From a virus, in UHGV virus genome UHGV-0297100: a stretch of DNA of 13,232 nucleotides. One strand, 5' to 3'. The position numbers and the translations under genes were made by a program. This document shows, one piece after another, positions 1-6,913 of this stretch (the stretch's first letter is position 1; the number at the start of each line of letters is the position of its first letter). The notes under the pieces are model-generated. The model searched no databases and was not told the origin of the DNA. It worked only from the letters and a program-made list of their open reading frames with translations.

Positions 1-145
1 GAACTGCGCCGCAGTAACGATATCCTTCGCCAGGCTTCCGCTTATTTTGCGAAGGCGGAGTTCGACCGCCTCTGGAAAAAATGATGCCACTGCTGGATAA
101 GCTGCGTGAGCAGTACGGGGTCGGACCGCTATGCAGCGAACAATC
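1..145 (+). mobile_element. Truncated IS3-family insertion sequence fragment (IS629/IS3411-like) covering the orfA 3' end and orfB 5' start
   Basis: Frame 1 from the window edge reads ELRRSNDILRQASAYFAKAEFDRLWKK*, a leucine-zipper C-terminus typical of IS3-family OrfA. A second frame starts MMPLLDKLREQYGVGPLCSE at 82, typical of OrfB, with an A-run (GGAAAAAATGATG) at the overlap. The OrfB frame stops after about 30 codons, so the element is truncated near 145. Family assignment is from memory. Confidence 0.65.
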
Positions 146-244
146 AATTATGACGCAGGTATCGTATTAATTGATCTGCATCAAATTAACGTAAAAGCAA
201 CTTCAGATAATACAAATCAGCAACACTGAATATGGGGAAACATT

Positions 245-430
245 ATGTCATCAAAGAACAGAACCCGCAGAACAACAACCCGCAACATCCGATTTCCAAA
301 CCAGATGATTGAACAAATTAACATCGCTCTTGATCTGAAAGGTTCAGGAAACTTTTCAGCGTGGGTTATTGAAGCCTGCAGAAGAAGGCTGTCAACAGAG
401 AGTTCGGGTATGAATTACATAATTAAGTAA
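245..430 (+). CDS. Small basic protein with a ribbon-helix-helix-like fold (putative DNA-binding protein)
   Basis: 61 aa ORF with GGGGAAA upstream of the ATG. Arg/Thr-rich N-terminus followed by RNIRFPNQMIEQINIALDLKGSGNFSAWVIEACRRRL, which fits a beta-strand/helix/turn/helix RHH pattern. Fold assignment is by eye. Confidence 0.4.
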   Translation: MSSKNRTRRTTTRNIRFPNQMIEQINIALDLKGSGNFSAWVIEACRRRLSTESSGMNYIIK

Positions 431-562
431 CATGGTGTTCACAGAACACGCAGTTACCGGACACATCAGTTTTCCATTCGCTCCCCGGCAGTACAGGCTT
501 CCCCTCTGACGGGATAGCCTGAAAAAATAACACAGAAAATTATTTGTTATAATTAATATAAC

Positions 563-703
563 TTACTCAAAAAAAAGCGACGAGAAAATCAGCATCAACG
601 AACAATAAGCGCCAATACGTGATAACAAATGGCAGCCATATTTATCTGCAGTATAAGCAATGGACAGGATAACCACACCAGAAACCGTCAGCATAAAATC
701 CAT
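563..703 (-). CDS. Possible small hydrophobic peptide (46 aa), speculative
   Basis: Hand translation of the minus strand gives MDFMLTVSGVVILSIAYTADKYGCHLLSRIGAYCSLMLIFSSLFFE*, with GGGGAAG five nt upstream of the ATG. It is below the ORF-track size cutoff and has no recognisable homology. Confidence 0.2.
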   Translation of the reverse strand: MDFMLTVSGVVILSIAYTADKYGCHLLSRIGAYCSLMLIFSSLFFE

Positions 704-1053
704 TTGAACTTCCCCGGACAAAATCGACTCATCTAAAGATTTACAGCTCTTTTTATTATCAATATGTTAAAAGTAAAATAAACAGATGTTCAATAACACG
801 AATACAAAAACGTGCTGAAATTCAATGAATCCATTTCTGTGTCATCAATTAATAGTGATAAACATCCGGTTTCTTCCACCATCGCACCGGACAGGCGACT
901 ATGAGGGGACAACGCCGCGCTCCGTTAACGCGGTAAACCCCGGTGTGTATCGTTTTTGATTATCCCCGCACACTCGCGCAGAGGAGTCTCCCTGTCGGGC
1001 TGCGGTCTCTGTTAATGAGGGAATACAGCGACGATACGGCGCATCAACAAAAC

Positions 1054-1521
1054 TTATTTCAGGCACTGAGTACGGATATATTCCTGCGCCCCTTCCAGTT
1101 GCTTCTGCATCGTCATCAGCCGCTCTCTGAGGGTGAAATAATCCCGTGTAACGGTGTCTGCCAGTTGGGGGCCGGTTGCATTATCCACGCGGGCGGTGCC
1201 GGTGGCTTCACGCACGGGACCTGGACAGGTGGCGTTGATACGCAGGCGCTTACGACCAGCGGCAACGTCAGCGCGAAGAGTTTCATTTTCAGCTTTCGCA
1301 TCAGCTAACTCCTTCGTGTATTTTGCATCGAGCGCAGCAACATCACGCTGACGCATCTGCATGTCAGTAATTGCCGCGTTCGCCAGCGTCAGTTCTCTGG
1401 CATTTTTGTCGCGCTGGGCTTTGTAGGTAATGGCGTTATCACGGTAATGATTAACAGCCCATGACAGGCAGACGATGATGCAGATAACCAGAGCGGAGAT
1501 AATCGCGGTTACTCTGTTCAT
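1054..1521 (-). CDS. Rz: Rz i-spanin (inner-membrane spanin subunit)
   Basis: From the internal Met the protein reads [44 protein letters not shown]..., closely matching lambda Rz as I recall it. That ATG overlaps the endolysin stop (ATGA). The ORF track's longer 1533 start is probably an over-extension. Confidence 0.9.
   Translation of the reverse strand: MNRVTAIISALVICIIVCLSWAVNHYRDNAITYKAQRDKNARELTLANAAITDMQMRQRDVAALDAKYTKELADAKAENETLRADVAAGRKRLRINATCPGPVREATGTARVDNATGPQLADTVTRDYFTLRERLMTMQKQLEGAQEYIRTQCLK
1116..1301 (-). CDS. Rz1: Rz1 o-spanin lipoprotein, embedded in Rz in the +1 frame
   Basis: 61 aa ORF entirely inside Rz in another frame. It has a lipobox-like LVVSAC and the proline-rich [30 protein letters not shown] typical of lambda Rz1. 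Confidence 0.85.
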   Translation of the reverse strand: MRKLKMKLFALTLPLVVSACVSTPPVQVPCVKPPAPPAWIMQPAPNWQTPLHGIISPSESG

Positions 1522-2021
1522 TGCTGACCCCACAAACAGATTTCACGCTCAATCTCACGACGAGTCATGAGACCTTTCCATTGCTTACCGCCAGCATATG
1601 TCCAGCGACGTAGCTGATCACATGCGCCTTTGATATCGCCCTGGTTTATTTTGCGAAGAAGCGTCGATGTTCTGAAATTGCCAGCACCCACGTTGTAAAC
1701 GAATGAGTAAAGAGCGCCGCGCATTGTTTCCGGTATATCGACTTTGATGTACGGGTTAATTTGTCTGGCGACCGTGGCAAGGTCTTTATTCAGGAGAGCT
1801 TTGCATTCTGCTTCGGTATACGTTTTACCGAGCATGATGTCTTTTCCGGTGTGTCCGTGACATACAGTCCATACACCAACAATATCTTTGTATGGTATGT
1901 AGCTGACACCTTCCAGACCATCGTTACCACTTGGTCCAGTGATTAACACAGATGCTATAGCAATAGCCCCGCCACTTATCGCCGCTATTACGCTATTTCG
2001 TAGTGCCGGTGACATTGCCAT
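1518..2021 (-). CDS. R: Phage endolysin (lysozyme), phage-21-type with an N-terminal signal-anchor-release (SAR) segment
   Basis: N-terminal weakly hydrophobic Gly/Ala-rich segment [17 protein letters not shown] followed by a lysozyme-like domain ([25 protein letters not shown]...). It sits between the holin and Rz and overlaps the holin 3' end. The exact start (M1 or M3) is unresolved. Confidence 0.9.
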   Translation of the reverse strand: MAMSPALRNSVIAAISGGAIAIASVLITGPSGNDGLEGVSYIPYKDIVGVWTVCHGHTGKDIMLGKTYTEAECKALLNKDLATVARQINPYIKVDIPETMRGALYSFVYNVGAGNFRTSTLLRKINQGDIKGACDQLRRWTYAGGKQWKGLMTRREIEREICLWGQQ

Positions 2022-2196
2022 TCAATCTGTCCTCGCGCTCTTTGCGCTTGTAGTACCAGTTGATGCCAAATGTGCCGACAGTACAAAGAATACCAATGAT
2101 GACAGCCCAGTCATTCAGGGAGAGAATGCCACCCATCGCAGTCAGTCCTCCGAAGCTGTAACTGAACCATTCTCTGATTTTGTCCATACGGTACAT
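1993..2196 (-). CDS. S: Class II holin (two transmembrane segments) with a dual-start motif
   Basis: 67 aa with two hydrophobic segments and a charged C-terminus ([10 protein letters not shown]), immediately upstream of and overlapping the endolysin. The N-terminus MYRMDK has two in-frame Met codons separated by a basic residue, like lambda S107/S105. Confidence 0.8.
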   Translation of the reverse strand: MYRMDKIREWFSYSFGGLTAMGGILSLNDWAVIIGILCTVGTFGINWYYKRKEREDRLNGNVTGTTK

Positions 2197-2687
2197 GCTC
2201 TACCCCTTCATTGAGGGGATTTGCTCTATTTAATTAGGAATAAGGTCGATTACTGATAGAACAAATCCAGGCTACTGTGTTTAGTAATCAGATTTGTTCG
2301 TGACCGATATGCACGGGCAAAACGGCAGGAGGTTGTTAGCGCAACCTCTTGCTACCCGCTTTCACGAAGGTCATGTGTAGAAGGCCGCAGCGTAACTATC
2401 ACCGATGAATTCATGATAGCCAGTGGCTACGGCTCAGTTTGGATTGTGGCGACCGGTGCTGATCTCCGGTTTGCTGCAACTGCCTACAGCGGGCTACGTG
2501 GCCACACCGAATCCAGCGAAAGATTCTTGCCCTTACACATCAGCCTGTGCATTCACCACAACGATAAGAGCACTGCGCGGCACCTTTCACCAATTCCGCG
2601 AGGTCTGCGGGTTCAATGCTCTTACCTGTTGTGCAAATAAAAAAGCCACCGTTGCAACTTAAGAGTCACTAACGGCAGCTTACATCT

Positions 2688-3200
2688 TTAAACGGTATGA
2701 TATTTCATTCTGGCGGCCTCAAAAGCCGCAGCGGCAAGTTCGGCAGTATCATGGTATCCAAGGTTAATACACTTTCCAGACGCATTAATTCTTGCTCTCC
2801 ATTTCCCGTACTTAGCATCCCAAGACACGCCACGGTATCCAGATTTATTATTCTTCTGAATTTTCCTGTTCTGCATATTTTCGGAATGAGTGACAAGACG
2901 AAGATTTGATATCCGGTTATCTGTTCTTACCCTGTTGATGTGATCAATAAAACCATCGGGCATGGTGCCATAAACAATCAACCATGCCAGTCTGTGAGCA
3001 GGGTATGCTTTACCATTAATCATAATCATTAAATACCCATCAGAATTTATTGATGAGCATTTCTTGAAAGCAAAACGAGAGTTCCATGTCAAAGTGGTCC
3101 TCTCTCTTCCCCGCCTCCATCTCCAGTGAAAGTCGCCTGATGATGGATTGTAATCAACAACAGAAAGCACCATTTCTGGCGTTAATTTTATTTCTTTCAT
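2688..3200 (-). CDS. HNH endonuclease with a C-terminal AP2-type DNA-binding domain (homing-endonuclease-like moron)
   Basis: HNH motif region HRLAWLIVYGTMPDGFIDHINRVRTDNRISNLRLVTHSENMQN, followed by an AP2-like segment SGYRGVSWDAKYGKWRARINASGKCINLGYHDTAELAAAAFEAA. RBS AAGG upstream of ATGAAAGAAATA. Appears AT-richer than its neighbours by eye. Confidence 0.8.
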   Translation of the reverse strand: MKEIKLTPEMVLSVVDYNPSSGDFHWRWRRGRERTTLTWNSRFAFKKCSSINSDGYLMIMINGKAYPAHRLAWLIVYGTMPDGFIDHINRVRTDNRISNLRLVTHSENMQNRKIQKNNKSGYRGVSWDAKYGKWRARINASGKCINLGYHDTAELAAAAFEAARMKYHTV

Positions 3201-3320
3201 CGCTTTACCTTAGGGATAGAGCCTGTTCGCGTAGATATGACAGCCAAGAGCGGAGCGATGTTTCCACCACCATATCTCAGGCCCATATCACTAAGACTCT
3301 TGTTTTGATTGCACGCGAAT

Positions 3321-3347
3321 GCAAAAAAGCCCACAGGAGGTGGGCTT
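3321..3347 (-). terminator. Rho-independent terminator, candidate tR' downstream of the late promoter
   Basis: Minus strand reads GCCCAC-CTCCT-GTGGGC (6 bp GC-rich stem) followed by TTTTTTGC. It lies about 50-70 nt downstream of the candidate pR' and upstream of the HNH gene. Confidence 0.6.
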
Positions 3348-3387
3348 GTGATGGTTGCTGAATGCAAAAGCAGCAGCATATGTGAAT

Positions 3388-3417
3388 ATTATGGCTAAAT
3401 GGCTAATTGCATGTCAA
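3388..3417 (-). promoter_or_regulatory. Candidate late promoter pR' overlapping the 3' end of Q
   Basis: Minus strand TTGACA (3417..3412), an 18-nt spacer, then CATAAT (3393..3388). The Q stop codon TAG (3397..3395) lies inside the spacer. The position just downstream of Q matches lambdoid pR'/qut architecture. Confidence 0.5.
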
Positions 3418-3913
3418 GGCTTTTAACAGCAACATGCTTAACTTTCTCAACACGTTTACGCATTTTGAAAGCATTTTGCATTGGTTGGTACAAAACAAAT
3501 AACGACGCTTTCAGGATGTCGTCAATTTCGTTTCTACAGGTTGCCAGTGAAGGTTTTCTCCATCCCTCGCCACCACGTCCACACATCTTGCGTGGCTTTG
3601 CAGTCGCGTGATAGTAGGATGCAATTGCTCGCTTAGATGAACCATGAGCGTAGTAGCTGAGGAGGATGCCAAAGGCTTTCTTGTCAATGTACATGACGGA
3701 ATCGACGACCTGAGAAATCAACATTCCATCATCATCATTACACATTGGCCTTGTCATAACTCTTCCCGGCTCTACGCTCTCCATGAACTTCGCTATTACG
3801 CTGCTCATGCGCTTTTCCAGACGACCTGAATAAACCCATGCGCCCCACAGCTCAAGCCAGCCATTCAGCCAATCGTGCTGTTCTTTGGTGAGGTTTAGCT
3901 CTCTTATGCTCAT
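3395..3913 (-). CDS. Q: Late-gene antiterminator Q (Phage_antitermQ family)
   Basis: Motifs WLELWGAWVYSG...TRPMCNDDDGMLISQVV match the conserved ERWGAW...SRP.C.DDD pattern of QuuD-type Q proteins. It directly follows ninH, and its start overlaps the ninH stop (ATGA). Confidence 0.8.
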   Translation of the reverse strand: MSIRELNLTKEQHDWLNGWLELWGAWVYSGRLEKRMSSVIAKFMESVEPGRVMTRPMCNDDDGMLISQVVDSVMYIDKKAFGILLSYYAHGSSKRAIASYYHATAKPRKMCGRGGEGWRKPSLATCRNEIDDILKASLFVLYQPMQNAFKMRKRVEKVKHVAVKSLDMQLAI

Positions 3914-4098
3914 CGTCTTCCCTTTTTTCCTGGCGTGACCATCAGGACGCCGTTAACTATTACATGACGCTCGCCTTTGCTGTCTCGGTTGTACTTGAGC
4001 ACTGTTCCTCTTGCGCAGGAAAGCATCCTTGCCACTTCGGTCTGATTGCCTCGTGTCTGGATAAGAAGCTCTGGTATCGTTTGAATTGTGGCGTTCAT
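3910..4098 (-). CDS. ninH: NinH-like small DNA-binding protein
   Basis: 62 aa with IPELLIQTRGNQTEVARMLSCARGTVLKYNRDSKGERHVIVNGVLMV, resembling lambda NinH (IPDMLVEAYGNQTEVARRLKCSRGTVRKY...). Overlaps the rusA stop. Confidence 0.8.
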   Translation of the reverse strand: MNATIQTIPELLIQTRGNQTEVARMLSCARGTVLKYNRDSKGERHVIVNGVLMVTPGKKGRR

Positions 4099-4457
4099 AC
4101 GTTCTCCAGTTCGGTGATTTTTATTCCAAGCCGTCCGCCTGGTACTTTCACACCACGAATTACGCGAATGTCATCGAATTGCTCGTCGTCTTCCGCAAAT
4201 CCGGCGTGGATAAGAGAGTCGAGTAAACCTTTCAGGATGTTATCGAGGTCGCGGCGGCGGGAGTCTGGAACGTCTGCGATGACTTTGATGCGGAGCCGTG
4301 ATTTGGTGAAAATATCTAACTTGAGTTGGTGGATGATTTGCTGAACGTCTTTTCGGTATTTCTGGCCTTTATCGCTGATGTAGTATTGGCTTCCCCGTCT
4401 TCGCCAGTAGGTATTCACCGACGGCGGGTATGGAAGCACAAACTGATATTCGTTCAT
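4095..4457 (-). CDS. rusA: RusA-family Holliday junction resolvase
   Basis: 120 aa with MNEYQFVLPYPPSVNTYWRRRG...DVPDSRRRDLDNILKGLLDSL...RLGIKITE, matching RusA signature regions (PDRRRRDLDN). It sits where lambda has ninG. Confidence 0.9.
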   Translation of the reverse strand: MNEYQFVLPYPPSVNTYWRRRGSQYYISDKGQKYRKDVQQIIHQLKLDIFTKSRLRIKVIADVPDSRRRDLDNILKGLLDSLIHAGFAEDDEQFDDIRVIRGVKVPGGRLGIKITELENV

Positions 4458-4744
4458 GACTTAATCTTCCCCTCCTTCAGCAGTATCGCCTGCGTCCTGA
4501 TCACGCCTTCGAGGTGGTAAAGTCTGGCGTCTTTGTTGTCGAGGTTATGGGTGCGTCGGTCGATTTCATCGTGACACGCGCTACAAGCCCATGCGCCGAT
4601 CAGGTCGTCAGGCTTCATTCCCGTTCCGCAAATTCCAGCCATCCGGTAATGTGCCAGAACTGTAGTTTCAGGATTACCATTGCATACGCCGTAAATACGT
4701 ACCTGGCATTCTCTGCCGCGTGCTTCTTTGCGTAGGTTAGCCAT
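4454..4744 (-). CDS. ybcO: YbcO-family protein (DUF1364, putative Cys-rich metal-binding nuclease)
   Basis: 96 aa with ARGRECQVRIYGVCNGNPETTVLAHYRMAGICGTGMKPDDLIGAWACSACHDEIDRRTH, resembling DLP12 YbcO. Confidence 0.75.
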   Translation of the reverse strand: MANLRKEARGRECQVRIYGVCNGNPETTVLAHYRMAGICGTGMKPDDLIGAWACSACHDEIDRRTHNLDNKDARLYHLEGVIRTQAILLKEGKIKS

Positions 4745-4949
4745 TTACCTTCCCTCGCAATTGAAGAATTGACTGAAGGTCTTTTTTAATAAATATGCGA
4801 GTGCGAATTGAGCAGTAGTTTTCCTTCATTCTGGCGTAGTAATAGTCCTTTCGTTGCTTAAGCTTGTTGGCATCCGCTGTCATCCAGTCTTTTACAGCAA
4901 ACTTAATTAACCAGCGGTGGCAGAGATACCATTTCATGTAATCACTCAT
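4737..4949 (-). CDS. Hypothetical nin-region protein
   Basis: 70 aa ORF in the translationally coupled gene string. Its ATG overlaps the last codons of ninF, with GAGGAAG upstream. No recognisable motif. Confidence 0.45.
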   Translation of the reverse strand: MSDYMKWYLCHRWLIKFAVKDWMTADANKLKQRKDYYYARMKENYCSIRTRIFIKKDLQSILQLRGKVNG

Positions 4950-5118
4950 CGTCTTCTTCCTCGTACATTGAGCTATTCGGATCGCTCATCAGTTCTGCGC
5001 AGCAGTGCTCACACACGTGAACTTCCAGCACATGCAGCTTCTGGCCGCAGTTAGCGCACGTTAAAGCCCGCTCGACGCTTTCTTTCTGGTATTGAAGGGA
5101 TTGGGATGGGCTAAGCAT
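4942..5118 (-). CDS. ninF: NinF-like small Cys-rich protein
   Basis: [58 protein letters not shown], closely resembling lambda NinF. Start chosen at the internal ATG (5118), which has GGTGA upstream and overlaps the preceding stop. The ORF track's 5175 start is probably an over-extension. Confidence 0.8.
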   Translation of the reverse strand: MLSPSQSLQYQKESVERALTCANCGQKLHVLEVHVCEHCCAELMSDPNSSMYEEEDDE

Positions 5119-5518
5119 GGCTTTCACCATTAAAAAGTCGCTTGTAAGCATCAATGTCTCGTTTTGCTTCACCAAGCTTTCGTCTTAATTCCATGTTTTC
5201 TGATTCAAGCTTTTCCATGTCTTGTTGGTATCGATCGCGGTGTTCTTTCCATGCTTTTTGATACGCCTTCATGTATGTCATGTTGGCCTTTCTCTTTGCC
5301 TGACGAACTGCGTGGTGGTTTTTCACAAACCAGTCAGGGTCGTTAAATGCTGCTCTGGCGCATGTATACCAATAATTTGTTGCCTCCCTGTTTAGCCAAT
5401 AAATACTGATAAATGGCAACCGGATAGACACCATTTTTCGTTGTGACTCTTTCTCGCCAAACATGTGGCCTTTTTTGATGCTAAGTCCAAATCCAGGTTG
5501 AATTAAAAGCATTGTCAT
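5111..5518 (-). CDS. Hypothetical protein at the ninX position (between ninE and ninF), C-terminal coiled coil
   Basis: Start taken at MTMLLIQ..., whose ATG overlaps the ninE stop (GAGGAAATGA). C-terminus [31 protein letters not shown] looks coiled-coil. No homology recognised. Confidence 0.5.
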   Translation of the reverse strand: MTMLLIQPGFGLSIKKGHMFGEKESQRKMVSIRLPFISIYWLNREATNYWYTCARAAFNDPDWFVKNHHAVRQAKRKANMTYMKAYQKAWKEHRDRYQQDMEKLESENMELRRKLGEAKRDIDAYKRLFNGESHA

Positions 5519-5691
5519 TTCCTCGCACGATGTCTTAGCCACCGGATATCCCACAGGTGAGCCGTGTAGTTGAAGGTTTTTACGTCAGATTCTTTTGGGA
5601 TTGGCTTGCGTTTATTTCTGGAGCGCTTCGTTGGAAGGTATTTGCAGTTTTCGCAGATGATGTCGGTGATACTTCGTCGCTGTCGTCTCAT
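5515..5691 (-). CDS. ninE: NinE-like protein
   Basis: Hand translation gives [58 protein letters not shown], near-identical in pattern to lambda NinE. Absent from the ORF track (58 aa). Its ATG overlaps the ninB stop. Confidence 0.8.
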   Translation of the reverse strand: MRRQRRSITDIICENCKYLPTKRSRNKRKPIPKESDVKTFNYTAHLWDIRWLRHRARK

Positions 5692-6098
5692 TCGTACCTC
5701 CTGTCGGTAAATCTGACACCCTTACCAATAGCCCATGCTGTCGTGTACTCAATCAGACTTGCCATACGCTTCACGCTCATCTGTGCGCTGCTCTCACGAA
5801 TGTTGACGTATTCGCCTTCAAGCCCGGGCAAAACATCAGCTTCCTGCTTTGTCGCCACTGCATGACCGCTTATCAACAAAACCTTCCATTGTTCTGGTTT
5901 TAACCATTTATCGCACCATTGAACCTGACGTGCGATATCCGCCAGCATCGCGTGAAATTTTGCGTTCTGGTCAAGGTTGCGCTTGTAGTCAGTAATGCGG
6001 ATTGTGACTGGCTTGTCTTTATCGAGTGGTGTTGCGAGGATGGCATTTATTGCAGCTTGCTGTTGTTGCTTAGTTCGGAGGAAGATTGTTTGCTTCAT
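5688..6098 (-). CDS. ninB: NinB (Orf-family recombination mediator)
   Basis: 136 aa with ...[22 protein letters not shown]...[12 protein letters not shown]..., matching lambda NinB (RSLDQNRKLWACLGDVSRQVEWHGRWLDAESWKCVF). Confidence 0.85.
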   Translation of the reverse strand: MKQTIFLRTKQQQQAAINAILATPLDKDKPVTIRITDYKRNLDQNAKFHAMLADIARQVQWCDKWLKPEQWKVLLISGHAVATKQEADVLPGLEGEYVNIRESSAQMSVKRMASLIEYTTAWAIGKGVRFTDRRYE

Positions 6099-6426
6099 CG
6101 AAATTCTTCTCTTTAATTCCAGCGGCTCTGATAGCTTTCATTACTGCAATTACCGTTTTGTCACGCCCATCCTCATAACCCATCGCATAAGCACCTTCTT
6201 CACCATCTTTCCAAAAGTCGTCATTCGATTCTGGCCAGTCGATATCCAGTTCAATAGCTGCTCGCGATGCCTGCCATAAAGTCCACCACTCATTTAAGGA
6301 GTGACGAATATCCATGCTTGAAAATGCGAAGTACCTATCACCATTTCTCGCCTCGGTTATCATCTCGAATGGTAATCTCAATTTTTTGGCAACGTATTCC
6401 TCAAACTGCTTTCTTGATTCGTCCAT
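6070..6426 (-). CDS. Hypothetical nin-region protein (acidic)
   Basis: ORF in the operon string. Start taken at the ATG (MDESRK...) with GGGGA upstream, immediately after the upstream stop. The ORF track's 6450 start is a GTG. Confidence 0.5.
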   Translation of the reverse strand: MDESRKQFEEYVAKKLRLPFEMITEARNGDRYFAFSSMDIRHSLNEWWTLWQASRAAIELDIDWPESNDDFWKDGEEGAYAMGYEDGRDKTVIAVMKAIRAAGIKEKNFDEANNLPPN

Positions 6427-6427
6427 A

Positions 6428-6643
6428 TCAATCCCCGTTAGTCGTTTCACTCACGAATCTGACAAAACCAGCCATGTTAATTTGCATGAGTTTTTTCAAC
6501 ACCTTGTCTCGTCGGCTACGTTTTGGTTTTGGCCTGTGGTTGAATCTTTCACAAACTGGAAGGCTTGATGATTTCCAGTACCTATTACGCCTTGCTCCAT
6601 CTTCCGCCATATCAGCATGAATAAGGTCTGCGAGTGTGCTCAT
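6428..6643 (-). CDS. Hypothetical small basic protein
   Basis: Start taken at the second Met (MSTLADL...), six nt after GGAG. Basic segment RPKPKRSRRDK. No homology recognised. Confidence 0.45.
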   Translation of the reverse strand: MSTLADLIHADMAEDGARRNRYWKSSSLPVCERFNHRPKPKRSRRDKVLKKLMQINMAGFVRFVSETTNGD

Positions 6644-6657
6644 ATTCATCTCTCCAG

Positions 6658-6840
6658 TTACATTGGTTTTGTAATGTTGCTAGTCATCGTTCGAATAACA
6701 AAATGCGTAAGTAACCTTGCTTTCCACATGTAAATCTCTTCAAGGCGAGATAAATCTACGAATACCGGACCTTTGTAATCTGGTCTTGATGCCCTTATGT
6801 ATGAGCTAATAGTTTGTGCATCTTGCTCGTCCAGATTCAT
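6658..6840 (-). CDS. Hypothetical small protein, first gene after the tR2-like terminator
   Basis: Start taken at MNLDEQ..., with GGAGAGGG upstream. The longer 6858 start would overlap the terminator T-tract. Confidence 0.4.
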   Translation of the reverse strand: MNLDEQDAQTISSYIRASRPDYKGPVFVDLSRLEEIYMWKARLLTHFVIRTMTSNITKPM

Positions 6841-6854
6841 GACTTCCCTCTCCC

Positions 6855-6888
6855 CCAAATAAAAAGGCCTGCGATTACCAGCAGGCCT
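6855..6888 (-). terminator. Rho-independent terminator (tR2-like) between ren and the nin region
   Basis: Plus strand AGGCCTGC-GATTACCA-GCAGGCCT forms an 8-bp stem. On the minus strand it is followed by TTTTTATTTG. It lies about 25 bp downstream of the ren stop. Confidence 0.65.
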
Positions 6889-6913
6889 GTTATTAGCTCA
6901 GTGATGTAGATGG

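Noticed and set aside
943-1308. 121-aa plus-strand ORF
   Set aside because: Lies antisense to Rz/Rz1, which have strong homology support. No RBS or recognisable motif; likely a chance frame in GC-rich coding DNA.
1154-1351. 65-aa plus-strand ORF
   Set aside because: Antisense to Rz. Arg/Ala-rich translation typical of a spurious frame.
2321-2345. Hairpin (GAGGTTG/CAACCTC) as an alternative tR' with pR' inside 2350-2690
   Set aside because: No strong sigma-70 promoter found upstream of it on the minus strand, whereas a near-consensus promoter plus terminator lies directly after Q. Kept only as a secondary possibility.
2413-2662. Two overlapping plus-strand ORFs (75 and 79 aa) in the HNH-holin spacer
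   Set aside because: Opposite to the late-operon direction, overlapping each other in different frames, no RBS, low-complexity translations. Treated as non-coding; the region is reported as a finding instead.
2197-2687. Possible tRNA gene(s) in the Q-S interval, as in Stx-type phages
   Set aside because: Searched by eye for T-loop (GGTTCGAATCC or its reverse complement), D-loop and acceptor-stem complementarity on both strands and found no convincing cloverleaf. Cannot be fully excluded without tRNAscan-SE.
3197-3379. 60-aa minus-strand ORF between the HNH gene and Q
   Set aside because: Overlaps the tR' hairpin and the pR' downstream region. More plausibly a non-coding leader.
3964-4344. 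126-aa plus-strand ORF
   Set aside because: Antisense to ninH and rusA, which have clear homology. Ser/Arg-rich spurious frame.
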